Below, piece by piece: positions 34,744 to 48,149 of a DNA stretch of 64,000 bases (within the stretch, counting starts at the first letter, position 1; each line of letters begins with the position of its first letter). The notes under the pieces are model-generated. The model was not told the origin of the DNA and did not search any database. It saw only the letters and a list, made by a program, of their open reading frames with translations. The translations under genes were made by a program, and so were the position numbers. The stretch lies in assembly GCF_009914755.1 (NCBI RefSeq), contig NC_060927.1. One strand, written 5' to 3'. The stretch comes from the human T2T-CHM13v2.0 reference genome, Homo sapiens.

Positions 34744-36740
34744 TAATTTACTTTTGGTCTGTATGGATTTGCCTATTCTGGACATTTTACATACACAAGT
34801 CCATATCATATGTAGTATTTTTGTGTCTGACTTCTTTTTCTTAGAATGTGTTTTCAAGGTTTATCCATGTAGAATGTAACAATACTTCACTTTTTATGGC
34901 CAAATAATATTCCACCGTATGGATGTATGACATTTTGTTTGCCTATTCACCTGCTGATGGGTGCTTAGGTTGTTTCTGCATTTTGGCTATTATGAATAAT
35001 GCTTCTGTGATTGTTCATGCATAAGTCTCTGTGTGGACAAGTGCTTTCATTTCTCTTGGGAGTTTTCATTTCTCTTAGGAGTGGATTTGCTGGTCACATG
35101 GTTTAACATTTTGTTTATGTTTAACATTTTGAAAAATTGCCAAATTGTTTTCCAAAATGGCTTCGCTGTTTTACAATCTCAACAGCAATGTATGAGGGTT
35201 CCCATTTTCTACATTCTCTACACTTGTTATTATTTCTCTCTGTCTTTTTTTTTAAATAGTCATCCTAGGGAGATTGAAATGTAATCCCACTGTGGTTTTG
35301 ATTTGCATTTATCTAATGACTAATGATATTGAGCATCTTTTCATGTGTTTATTGGCCATTTATGTATCTTCTTTGGAGAAATGTTTATTTAATCCCTTTG
35401 CTCATTTTTAAAATTGGGTTATTTATTTTCCTATTGTTGAGTTGCATTTTTATATATTCTAGATGATTGCTTTATCAGATATATGATTTAGAAGTATATT
35501 CTTTGGTTCTGTGGGTTGTCTTTTCAATTTTTTTTCTGTCCCAACTTTTATTTTAAGTCCAAGGGGGTATATGTGCAGATCTGTTACATGGGTAAATTGT
35601 GTGTCATGGGGGTTTAGTGTACAGATAATTTTGTCACCCAAGTAATCAGCATAATACCCGATAATTGGTTTTTCAGTCTTCTGCCTCCTCCCACACTCCA
35701 CCCTCAAATAGGCCCTGGTGTCTATTGTTCCCTTCTTTGTGCCCATGTGTACTCAATGTTTACCTCCTACTCATAAATGAGAATATATGGTATTTTGGTT
35801 CCTGTTCCTGCAATTATTCACTTAAGATTACAGCCTCCATCTCCATCTATGTTGCTGAGAAAGCCATGATCTCATTTTTATAGCTACGTAGTATTCCATG
35901 GTGTATATATACCACATTTTCTTTATCTAGTCTGCTGTTGATGGGCATCTAGGTGGATTCCATGTCTTTGCTATTGTGAGTAATGCAGTGAACATATGCA
36001 TGCATTTGTCTTTATGGTAGAACAATTTATATTCCTTTGGGTGTATACCCAATAATGGAATTGCTGGGTCAAATGGTACTTCTATTTTAAGTTATTTTAA
36101 AAATCCCCAGACTGCTTTCCACAGTGGCTGAACTAATTTACATTCCCACCAGCAGTATATAAGCATACCCTTTTCTCCTAGGATCTTTATAGTTTTAGGT
36201 TTCACATTTAAGTCTTCAATCCATTTTGAGTTGATTTTTGTATATGGTGAAAGGTAGGGGTCCAGTTTCAATCTTCTGCATATTCTTAGCCAATTATCCC
36301 AGCAGCATTTATTAAATAGGGAGTTGTTTCCCAATTGCTTTTGTTGACTTTATCCAAGATCAGATAGTTTTAGGTGTGTGGCCTTATTTCTGGGTTTTCT
36401 AGCCTGTTCCATTGGTCTATGTGTCTATTTTTGTACCAGTAACATACTGTTTTAGTTACTGTAGCCTTGTAGTATAATTTGAAGTTGGGTAGTGTGATGC
36501 CTCTGGCTTTATTTTTTTTTCTTAGGATTGCTTTGGCTATTCAGGCTCTTTTTTGGTTGCAAATGAATGTTAGAATTTTTTTTACCCTAATTCTGTGAGC
36601 ATGTCATTGGTAGTTTGATAAAAATAGCATTGAATCCGTAAATAGTTTTGGGCAGTATGGCCATTTTAACAACATTGATTCTCCTATACATGAGTATGTA
36701 ATGTTTTTCCATTTGTTGGTGTAATCTCTGATTTTTTTAA

Positions 36741-37139
<399 letters not shown>

Positions 37140-37233
37140 AGGGATTGCATTCTTGATTTAGCTCTCAGCTTGGATGTTATTGATTGGCATACAGAAATGC
37201 TACTGATTTTTGTACATTGATTTTATATCTTAA

Positions 37234-37635
<402 letters not shown>

Positions 37636-37721
37636 CTGGATGCCTTTTATTTCTTTATCTTGCCTGATTGCTCTGACTAGGACATCTTTTCTTCTCTTTT
37701 TACATTTTTTTATTAAAAAAA

Positions 37722-37841
37722 AATAGAGACAAGATCTCACTATGTTGCCCAGGCTGGTCTCAAACTCCTGAGCTCAAGTGATCTTCCTGCCTCAGCCTCC
37801 CAAAGTGTTGGGATTACAGGCATGGGCCACTGTCACTGGCC
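37722..37841 (-). mobile_element. FLAM / Alu left monomer
   Basis: agagacaagatctcactatgttgcccaggctggtctcaaactcctgagctcaag. Confidence 0.85.
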
Positions 37842-38297
37842 AGGAGTTCCTCTTTTCAGTTTTGTATGCACAAAAGTTCTACATCTTAATGAAGCTTAAT
37901 TTATCTATATATTTTTTGTTTCATGTGCTTTTGGTGTTTTATCTAAGAAATCAGCCATTGCCTAATCCAGTGTCTCAAAGATTTACTCCTATGTTTTCCT
38001 TTAGGTGTTTTATAATTTTACCTCTTACACTTAGATCTATTAGCCATTTTGAATTAATATTTGTGTATATTGTGAGGCAGAGATGTCCAGACTCATTCTT
38101 TTTCATGTGGATATCCAGTTGTCTGAACATCATTTTTAAAAATACTCTTTTTTTCCCACTGAATTGTTTTTATATCCTTGTCAAAAATCAATTGACAATA
38201 AATGTGAGAGTTTATGTATGGACTCCTAATCCTATTCCATTGATTTATATTCTGTTTCTTTGTCAGTATTGCACTGTCTTGATTACTGTAGCTTTAT

Positions 38298-38372
38298 ATT
38301 GTGCAAAAGTGATTGCGGTTTTTGCCATTATTTTCAATTGTAAAACCTGCAATTACTTTTGCATCAACCGAA
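38298..38372. mobile_element. MADE1 (Hsmar1-derived palindromic MITE), left end eroded
   Basis: gtgcaaaagtgattgcggtttttgcca...taaaacctgcaattacttttgcatcaacc, TA at the right end. Confidence 0.88.
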
Positions 38373-39170
38373 TAGTAGGTTTGGAAATCAGGAAGTGTGT
38401 CTTCCAGCTTTTTTATTTTTTGATATTCTTTTGGCTATTCTTGATCCCTCGCATTCCCATATAAATTTTAGTGACAGCTTGTCAATTTTTGAATTAAAAA
38501 ACAGTTGGAATTTTGATAGATATTTTGTTGAATTTGTAGATTAATTTGGGGAGTATTGCTATCTTAACAATTTAAGTTTTCTGATTCATGAATATGGCAT
38601 GTCTATTTATGTAGTTCTTGTTTAGTTTCTTTCGACAGTATTTGTAGTGCTCAGTGTACAAGGCCTGAGATTTTTTTTTTGGCTAAAATTCTCCTAGGTA
38701 TTTTATTTGCTGCTAATATAAATGGGATCATTTTTAAGTTTCATTTTCAGATTGTTCATTACTTGTAGATAGAAATACAATCGATTTTTGTATATTGACC
38801 TTGTATCCTGGCAAGTTTTTGAGCTCATTTATTAGTTCTACAAGTTTTAAAATCTGATTCCTTAGAGTTTTCTATATACAAATATAGATAGCTTGCAAAT
38901 AAAGATAGTTTCATATTTCTTTTTAAATCTTTTTTCTTGCACAGTTGCTTTCCTAAAGCCTCAAGAACAGTGTGGATTAAAGTGGTGAGTGCAGACATCC
39001 TTATCTTGTTCCTGTTCTTAGAGAAATGGCACTCAGTTTTTCTTCATTAAGCATGATATTAGCTGTGGTTTTCCATAGATACCCCTAATCAGACTGAGAA
39101 AATTCCTTTTTATTTCTAATTTTTTAAAAGTGTTTTTATCATGAAAATATGTTGGATTTTTTCAACTGTG

Positions 39171-39451
39171 TTTTCTTTTTTCTTTTCTTTTTTTTCTCGA
39201 GACAGGGTCTTGTTCTGTCACCTAGGTTGGAGTGCAGTGGCTTGATCATGACTCACCACAGCCTCAACGCCCGAGTAAAGTTGGAACTTTAGGCAAATGC
39301 CACTATGTCTGGTTAATTTTTGAATTTTTTTGTAGAGTCAGGGTCTTGCCGTGGTTGCCCAGGCTGGTCTCGAACTCCTGGGCTCAAGCTGTGTACTGAC
39401 TTTGGCCTCCCAAAGTGCTGGGATTATAGGCATGAGCCACTGCACCCAGCT
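39171..39451 (-). mobile_element. AluJ with internal deletion
   Basis: Diverged dimer; TSD tcaactg. Confidence 0.85.
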
Positions 39452-39710
39452 CAACTGCTTTTTCTATGTCTTTTGAGAAAATCCTGGTTTTTATTTTCTA
39501 TTTTTCTACTAATATGGTATATTACATTGATTGATTTTTGTAGCCTAAACCACTAACCTTATTCCTGGGATAAATCCACCTTGATCATGATGTATAATTC
39601 TTTTATATTTTGCTGAATATTGCTTGCTAGTATTTTGTTAATAATTTTTGTGTCTATATTTATAAGGGGTATTGGTTCATTGCTTTCATAATCCTTTTTG
39701 TAAAACATCA

Positions 39711-40008
39711 TTTTTTTTTTTCTTTATGAGACAGGGTCTCCCTTCCTCACCCAGGCTGAAGTGCAGTGGTGCGACTTTGGCTCATTGCAACTTCCGCCTC
39801 CTGGGTTCAAGTGATTCTCTTGCTTCAGCCTCCAGCGTGGCTGGGACTACAGGTGTGTGCCACCACACCTGGCTAATTTTTGCATTTTTAGTAGAGATGG
39901 GTTTTTGCCATGTTGACGAGGCTGGTCTTAAACTCCTGGCCTCAAGTGATCTGTCCGCCTTGTCCTCTCAAAGTGTTGGGATTACAGGAGTGAGCCACTG
40001 TGCCCGGT
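39711..40008 (-). mobile_element. AluS
   Basis: Dimer; TSD aaaacat. Confidence 0.92.
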
Positions 40009-40125
40009 GGAAAACATTAAAAAAACTCTTTGAAAAAATTTCAGACTTAAAAGGACATAGAATCCCCGTACACTTTTCATGCAGCTCCATCAAATGTTAG
40101 CGCCTAAACATACTTGCTTTAGCAT

Positions 40126-40135
40126 TATCTATCTG

Positions 40136-40179
<44 letters not shown>
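40126..40179. repeat. (TATC)n tetranucleotide STR with one TGTC interruption
   Basis: Direct reading. Confidence 0.97.
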
Positions 40180-40259
40180 ATTTATGTGTGTGTGTGATTT
40201 TTTTTTTGAATTTTTTTTTCTCAAATCACAATTTGAGCCAATTTGGACACCTTTAATGT

Positions 40260-40680
40260 TCCGGATATGCCCAGCTATCTTCCACATTGGGAACATCTAT
40301 TTATATAGGCATCTTTTTCTGAAGATCTTTTACTTCCTATTTTCAAGAAGTAACCTCTTCTCATCCTCCCAGTTTCAGTCAGTGATACCTCATCAGTGTA
40401 ATCTTCCAATACCCCACCTGTGTAAGGCCCACCATTCTTTTCTGTCCCTGCACCCTGATAATTTCCCCTATGAAGATTTTTGCAATTTGAAAATCTGTAT
40501 TTATTTATTAGTTACCTTAATTGTTCTTTGTTTTTCTCACTGGTTTATAAACTCTGAGAGGAGGGTGTCATGTTTCTTCTATGCACCATGGCATAATCAA
40601 TGTTTAGCACAGTGCCTTGCATGCAGTAATTATTCAAGAGATATTTATTGAAGAATAAATTAATAAAATATGGAATAAAT
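40260..40680 (+). mobile_element. L2 3' relic
   Basis: tagcacagtgccttgcatgcagtaa...atatttattgaa. Confidence 0.6.
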
Positions 40681-40833
40681 GCTTAGATAACTAGTATATG
40701 TTTTCAGGGCTTGATTTTTCTGTGAGTTGATTCAAGCAGTATATGTTTCTCTCTGGAAGGAGAGTGAAAAACCAATTAAATGTTATTCAGTATAGTTTGA
40801 GATGCTTTTAAATTAAATATTAGATGCCAGTAC

Positions 40834-41253
40834 TGCTGTAGTTTGGATCTTTGTCCCTTCCAAATCTCATGCTGAAATTTGATCCCCAGTGTTAGAATTG
40901 ATGCCTAATGGGGGTGTTTGGGTCATGGGAGCAGATCCCTTATGAATGGCTTGATGCTGTAGTAGTGGTAATGAGCATGCTGTCATTCTGTTAGTTTCCC
41001 CAAGAGCTGATTGTTAAAGAGTGTGGCACCTCCCTCCTCTCTTTTGCTTCCTCTCTCACCATGCAGTCTCTGCACACATGGGCTCCTCTTCACTTTCTGC
41101 CATGAGTGGAAGCAGCCTGTGGCCCTTACCAGATGCAGATGCTCAATCTTGAACTTTCCCAGCCATGAAAATCATGACCCAAATAAACCTGTTTTCTTTC
41201 AAATTATTCGGTCTCAGGTATTTCTTTATAACAACCCTAAATAGACTTAGACA
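40834..41253 (+). mobile_element. MSTB/MSTD-like solo LTR
   Basis: tgctgtagtttggat...caaatctcatgctgaaatttgatcccc...aataaacc...gacttagaca. Confidence 0.8.
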
Positions 41254-42709
41254 ATGACTTATTTCACTTTGAAAGAAATCAAAATAGGGAGTAAGAATTT
41301 GTTTACAATTGAAATAATACAAAAAGGATAATTGTGATTTAAAATTTGGGGAAGTAAGGAAATAATATATACCAAAACTAAGATATTTAAAGTTACTATA
41401 GAAAAAATGCAAATAAATGAGTAAACAAAGAAAAGAAATAAAACCAAAACCAAAAGCCCTCTATAAACAAGAGGGGATGGGGGAGGGGTGCATTTTGTTC
41501 CTCTAAACTTAGTATCTACCTTTAAGGAAAACATATTTACTAAAGATTTTTCAGGGCCTATATTAAGGATTCGATAATATCGACAAAGAGTGGCAAATAT
41601 GTTTATTTTGTTTTGGTCTGTTGATTATTTTAGCAGGTATGATTTTTAGAAAATTGTGAGTCACTTTGAGGTAGGCAGTTAGAGGCCTGGGTACCAACTG
41701 GTATTTAACAGAAACAGAACGACATACAGCAGGAAAAGTTATTCTTTAGTATAGCTTAAGGTTAAAGTAGAGTTGGAATATATGTAGAAAAGTCCAGTTT
41801 ACAAAGCCAAAAATGACGACTGTGGTGCCATAAGCATTGAATATCTGACAAAAAGAAAGCTATTTCAGGGGAAAAATACAAACAAAGTTGAATTTATTCT
41901 TTAATATATATGAAACTTAAAAATTTTACAAATACTGTTAAATATAATTGTACATATTCGTTATTTTAACGTTCAAGACTATAATATTTTTGTGTGTTTC
42001 TTTATGCAGTAGTACAATTAGTAGCTAAACATCTTGAAATTCTTATGGAAATATTTATTTTCTACTAATAATGCATTCGTTCATTCATTTTATCATATGG
42101 GCTTTAGCAATTTTAATTAAATGATTTTGCATGTATTTGAATTAACAATAGTACAATGAATATCATGGTAACGAGTGACTGGATCACCACACAGAGAAAG
42201 AATAAACAAAGTCAATATTCCAACTTTAACATGGTGATGTTTCTTTCTCTGTTGGTATTTTCTAAAGACACTGTCTTAAGGGGCAGCATGCTAACTGTTG
42301 GGAAATATGGCTTAGCCAAGGGCTGGTTAGCTACAAAGAGCAGAGACCTGAGTTTAAGTGGGCCTGGTGTCATTATGCTGTCACAAGCAGTAGAAGGGGA
42401 GGGAGGTCCTCAGAGGAGACAATAAAGACTAAAGACAGACACTCAGACCAGGGAATAAGGGGCCAGTGTCTAAAGTCAGGCGGAGACTGAGTTACTTCTA
42501 AACAAGGAATCAATCATGAGGAGATTAGCTGCTTGAACAAAAAAGAGGGAATAAATACAGTAGGAACATTAAAAAGGCCTTGGGGATATTTCCCTTTTAG
42601 ATTTAGTCTTTTAAGTTGGTGCTGTGACTTCCAAAGAATTATTAAAATTTGAAGGAGTGTGATTTTTTTTCCTGTACGTTTGCACATTTTAAAACTTTCT
42701 ATAACATTA

Positions 42710-43025
<316 letters not shown>

Positions 43026-43092
43026 TTAGATGTGAAATTAAGCTAGGCAGTGAACCTTGTAGTTTTGATATTAAATGAAAAATTCTCATTAA

Positions 43093-43359
43093 TTTTTTTT
43101 TTGACCCAGGCTGGAGTGCAGTGGCACGATCTTGGCTCACTTGCAACCTCCACCTCCTGGGCTCAGGTGATCCTCTCAACTCAGCACTCCAAGTAGCTGG
43201 GACTACAGGCAGGTGCCACCACGCCTGGCTAATATTTTGTATTTTTTGTAGAGACATGGTTTCACCATGTTGCCCAGGCTGGTCTTGAACTCCTGAGCTC
43301 AAGCCCACCTCAGGCTCCCAAAGTGCTAAGATTAAAGGCATGAACCATCGCGCCCGGCC
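43093..43359 (-). mobile_element. AluJ/S
   Basis: Dimer; TSD tcatt. Confidence 0.92.
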
Positions 43360-43736
43360 TCATTCATTGCATTTGATTATTGCCATTACCTTTAAAAGTT
43401 GGCAGTAAACTTGAAGTCCCACCTTTTCTTTTCACTAACTGAGGAATCTTGGACAAATCACTTTACCACTCTCAGCTGCAGTTTCTTCATATGTGAAATG
43501 GAATAATGGAGTGAGAAAGAAGGGTGAGTAAATTTGTGTCTAAGGAATAAGACAGTCATTTTAGAGCTGCAGAATACTGTATAAATAGAAAACAGAATTG
43601 CCTCATGAATCAATTCTTACATAGTCTGGGTAGCTATTAGGCAAACTAATGTTTTCCATTTGTAAAACTGAGACACTGCCTATTTACACGGTAAGTGTTA
43701 GCATTTATGTAACACCTCAGGCTCCCAAAGTGCTAA

Positions 43737-43779
43737 TGTTTACTATCTAGCTCTTCACAGAAAGGTTTGCTGACTACTG
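43737..43779 (+). mobile_element. MER58A terminal fragment
   Basis: tgtttactatctagctcttcacagaaaggtttgctgac resembles the MER58 end. Confidence 0.6.
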
Positions 43780-43786
43780 ATATACC

Positions 43787-43787
<1 letters not shown>

Positions 43788-43832
<45 letters not shown>

Positions 43833-44020
43833 GTATCTATATGTATTTATATATTATATTTATAAATGTATAAATATGTATTTATATATTTATATATTTA
43901 TACATTTATATATTTATAAATGTATAAATATGTATGGATATATAGATATGTATAAATAAATATACATTATTGACATATTTTATCAATAGTATATATGTAG
44001 ACTAATATATACATATACCT
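43788..44020. repeat. (TA)n(CA)n microsatellite followed by AT-rich low-complexity tract
   Basis: Direct reading. Confidence 0.95.
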
Positions 44021-44029
44021 ACATAGAAA

Positions 44030-44240
44030 AGATAATAATTACCAATGCTAGTGCCAAGCATTTTACATGTATGTTTATTTAATTGTAATAACATATTTAT
44101 TAGGTAGTTAAAATTATCTCCTTCCGTAGAGAGGAGGAGGAGGAAACTGAGATCCATGGAGCTTAAGGGACATATCCAAGATTGCATAGCCAATAAGTAG
44201 CTGAGTAGTGTCTAAAGTCATGCAGTGTAACCTAAGGTTC
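44030..44240 (-). mobile_element. MIR
   Basis: gaggaaactgag core, ccaagattgcatagc. Confidence 0.65.
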
Positions 44241-44405
44241 CAGCTGGCTTAAATCAAATGGTGGTGCACCTTCATATTGGCCCTGGCTGCATGAGGTCCC
44301 AAGTGAAAAGGGGGCTCTAGAGATTCACAGCTTTTCAGCCATGAGTAGGGTTTATTGAAGGAGGAAGGAAAAATACGTTTTGCTTTCCAAGTCATTCAGA
44401 AAGGG

Positions 44406-44430
44406 GTGTGTGTGTGTGTGTGTGTGTGTG
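44406..44430. repeat. (GT)n
   Basis: Direct reading. Confidence 0.95.
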
Positions 44431-45502
44431 CATGCTGGAGAGTGTGCTACAATTCCTCAGAACCCACAGAAGGCATCTTCTGTTTGTTCAAAAGGGAAGG
44501 TACATTTCACCAAACTTCCCTGTTGTTGGCATGAGTTTGCACTAATATAATAACATGCAGGTATCCATGATCACATGAAAATTCTGCCTGTTAGTTTATT
44601 AATATGACACTGAAAGTGGCAGGGAGTTAACTTTTTTTTAGAATTATGTGTAATTTGGAGAAGCTATATACTTATATTTTAACAGTTAATTTTTAAGTTA
44701 TCTACCAGCATGTAACATTATGTGTCACCATTTGTTAACTTATACAAAGAGCAAAAATTTACAAACTGAACATCCCCACTGAGTTTGTCCCGAGGATGAA
44801 CTTTTGATGAAATACAAAAATGTCTTTTACCCCCAAATCCTCCTGCTACAAAACTCCTCACTGTCCAGAGCCTATTGCCAGAGCTAGACTGCCTGGCAGT
44901 TGAAGAGGACAAGTGCACAAGGGAACAAATATAGACTCAATTAAAATCCAACCTTGTCCTATCTCTGACAAGGTAAAAAGAAAAAAGCAATGTGAATGGA
45001 AAACTGCATTTAGGTAAATTGTAGTAACAACCACACTACATATCCATGAAGCAGGTATCAGTTATAATAGAGAAAAGTACACAAATCATATGCATATAGC
45101 TCAATAAATTACCACAAACTAATACATTTATAACCAGCTATCAATAAAAAATTAATAAGCACCCAGAAACCCCTCTAATGTCTCATTCCAATCTAATATT
45201 CCTTTCCTCCTCTCTTAAAAGGTATGCTTTATATTCCAAAATTCGCAGTTATCCATGGAAAACTGTGTGTGGCTCTTTCAAAATTCTGTCACTAGATTCA
45301 TGAACGTTGCACCTGAGAAGAAAAAAGTGAACATTCGTATTTACCATAAAATATATGTGTAGGTATTAAATGAACTAATATTTTGCTAATAGTGCTAAAA
45401 GATACTAGGTTACTTTGGATAAGGCTAGTGAAGTTTTATATATTCCTGATAGTAACCCTATTTTTGTTGCACATATTTGTACACCTGTCTTGTTTTGTGC
45501 AG

Positions 45503-45551
45503 CCCATTGCAAAAACAAATTTAAAAACTCTTTGTGAACAAGATCAACTTC
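45503..45551 (+). other. Candidate 49-nt internal exon (PIAKTNLKTLCEQDQL in the only open frame)
   Basis: ctgtcttgttttgtgcag| acceptor and |gtaagt donor in unique sequence; gene not recognised. Confidence 0.35.
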
Positions 45552-47424
45552 GTAAGTGTCCTGTAGGTGGTTAATTGCTCCTTAATTATCAAGACTAATC
45601 AATAAGTATATATCTTATAGCAATAATTGCAACTTTAAAAGGATGGTAGTAGCTTTATTACAAATGAAATTGGGGATTGAGGAGATTGGATCTTAAAAAC
45701 ATTGGATCTGTTGATTTATGCTAATTTTTATATAAAGTCATACCCAGTGTGGCTGCTTAAACAAATTCATATTTTTACAATTGGTAAGTTTTTTTCCAAT
45801 AAAATGATATATCTTGAAATGTGCATGCTTAAAGGGTAAAGTGAAATTAAATATAAGCCATTCCTTGGACAAACATATTTTAGGGTGTTGCATGGGACTT
45901 TGTATGTGTGGAGATTGTATCCATCCAAGAGCAAAATAGCCTTTGAAGCTCATGTTGGGAATCTTAAGTGCAAAATTAATTGACTTCCAAAGCATAAAAT
46001 GTATATACTATTTGTCATGAAACTTTATTTGATATTCAAATGTTTATTGTATAGTCTCTACTCACCCCCAGGACTGTTCTATTAAGACAACCTTCCTAGG
46101 TAGATTTTGTTTTTAATGCCGTTTGTGACAAATACAGTGGTAAATAATCATTGCTGGGGAAGTTATTTGTAGTCTTAGACATGTAATATTTTAAAAATAT
46201 TTTTGAAGGGTTATGTCTTCATAACTTCAGCTATATCTCAAACTTCAATTTCAACAAGGATAAAGAAAAATCACGTAGAGAAGAAACAAAAGACTACTAA
46301 ATGATGATGAGCTGTTGAATATTTGGGCGATATAAATTTATGGGAATTTAAAAAATAGGAATAAAAACAACAGCCCAGCTCTTCATGGTTGAATAAACAA
46401 GGTGGGAACTGCCACTGCCTCTTTCCAAATTGTATTTTAATCTTTTGCAATTTTTCTACTGTCTCTTCATATAATTAGTGGTCGATAGTTATTAATTTAT
46501 TTGGCATTTATTATGCCAGTGTTAATTCATGCATAGCTAATATGCCTTAATTGGAATATGGAGGAATTTCTGATATGATGGAGTAATTCTAATGGAGTAT
46601 TTATTGAGAGAAAATAAATATTATCAAATGGATCCCACTGTAGTTTATTAATTAGTCTTACACTTCATTATACAGAGTGACATTGAAATCTATACTAAAT
46701 GAAAGAGCAGCAGTTTGAAAATTGGTTAGTATTTATCTTGCTATTTAATGCATCTCTTTTGGAAACCACATGTAAGAACAAATTATCCAGCAACCAAGTT
46801 ATCCTACCAACTATATTTCTATTTTGTGCTTTGTAGACTGGGAATCTTACAAGCTGAGCTATACCTCAGTTAGTGAGGAGATGATGGCTGAAATGAACCC
46901 ATTAAAAAAAAAAAAATCCTTGTTACCTGATCCCTGCTCCTTCCAGAGCCCATTCCTGTGCACCAGTCACCTGCCTCTTGCTTCTCTTCCTTGTTTGGAT
47001 TCATCTTTGGCCTTTCTTTTGCTTAAAATTTAGTGTCCGGTTTAAGGCTGAGTTCTGGAGAATTAGGCTATGAGAATTGAGTTCTAAAGATCATGGAACC
47101 CACGTTTTTCTGTGAATGTCATGTAAAGATTGGTAAAAGCAATATCTTTTACTGCCTTTGGTACAAATAAGTACTTACTCTGTGATTTCTGTGAGTTAAC
47201 CCCATTTTTAACATGTGGAAGGAATTGCTTAATACTGGTGTTTCCATGGGCGTGTTTCTAGACTGTATTAGGTATTTTTACCTTTACTACTGCTAATGAA
47301 ACTTCTTATTCTCTTTGTTCTTTTACAAAAAGCATTCTGATTACTTGACTGGGCTGAATAGTATTCTATGGTGTATGTGTGCCACATTTTTTTCTTTTTT
47401 TTTGAAGACATATTTTATTTTTAT

Positions 47425-48110
47425 TTTACCAACAATTTTCAAACCACCTTATGTATTAATGATTTACTTAAGTCTTGTAAATTAAAAGGTATTTAGATTT
47501 ATTACTATACATTTCTTATTTTATATGAGTACTCATTTATCTTTGAGGAATTTCTGGTTGACTGTATATCAGGTTTTACCATGTAGACACAACATATAAT
47601 GTAATACATGTACATACGCATAAATACATCCAAGCATATATGTATACATATACACACATATATATACACATACACCAAAATACAGACCTTATAGCTTTCA
47701 TTTTAGAAACTAATTCATGAAGTAATCACACAAACTTACTAGTTTATAAAATACAGTTGGATCCACATTATGTTTCTGACAAAACTGGGAAGTATTCATA
47801 TGGCTAAATGTTTTTTGCCCTGATAGGTAACCTAATGAAGGCTATGGACAAAAATTTTGGGTAAAGAAGTTTCCATGGCAGTTTGATTTTTTAAAAAACA
47901 GTCTCTTTAGTCTCTTTTACTTTCCCTTTTTTCCTTTTTACAGTTTCAAATTATTTTAGAGTTAATTTTGAATTATTTACATTTTAATAGGAACTGGCTA
48001 AATTTTATAAGAAAAAGAAAATCTCCAAACAACCTTGAATTAATAAGTTTATCTCCTCTTTGCCAGTCTAGTTTGCTTCATTAGCAAATCAAATGCAAGT
48101 AAAAAACAAT
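47425..48110 (-). mobile_element. ERV1 internal fragment (MER4-group-like), no LTRs
   Basis: tgccctgataggtaacctaatgaaggct...aaaattttgggtaaag...tttccatggcagtttg. Confidence 0.55.
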
Positions 48111-48149
48111 CTTAGCAGTTGTGTGTGTGTGTGTGTGTGTTTTTGCTGT

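Noticed and set aside
37778-38464. 228-aa hydrophobic ORF resembling a membrane protein
   Set aside because: Antisense of T-rich decayed L1 plus FLAM and MADE1; compositional artefact
41880-42160. AT-rich stretch resembling a - strand 3'UTR with AATAAA
   Set aside because: AATAAA is frequent in AT-rich DNA and no linked coding exon is supportable
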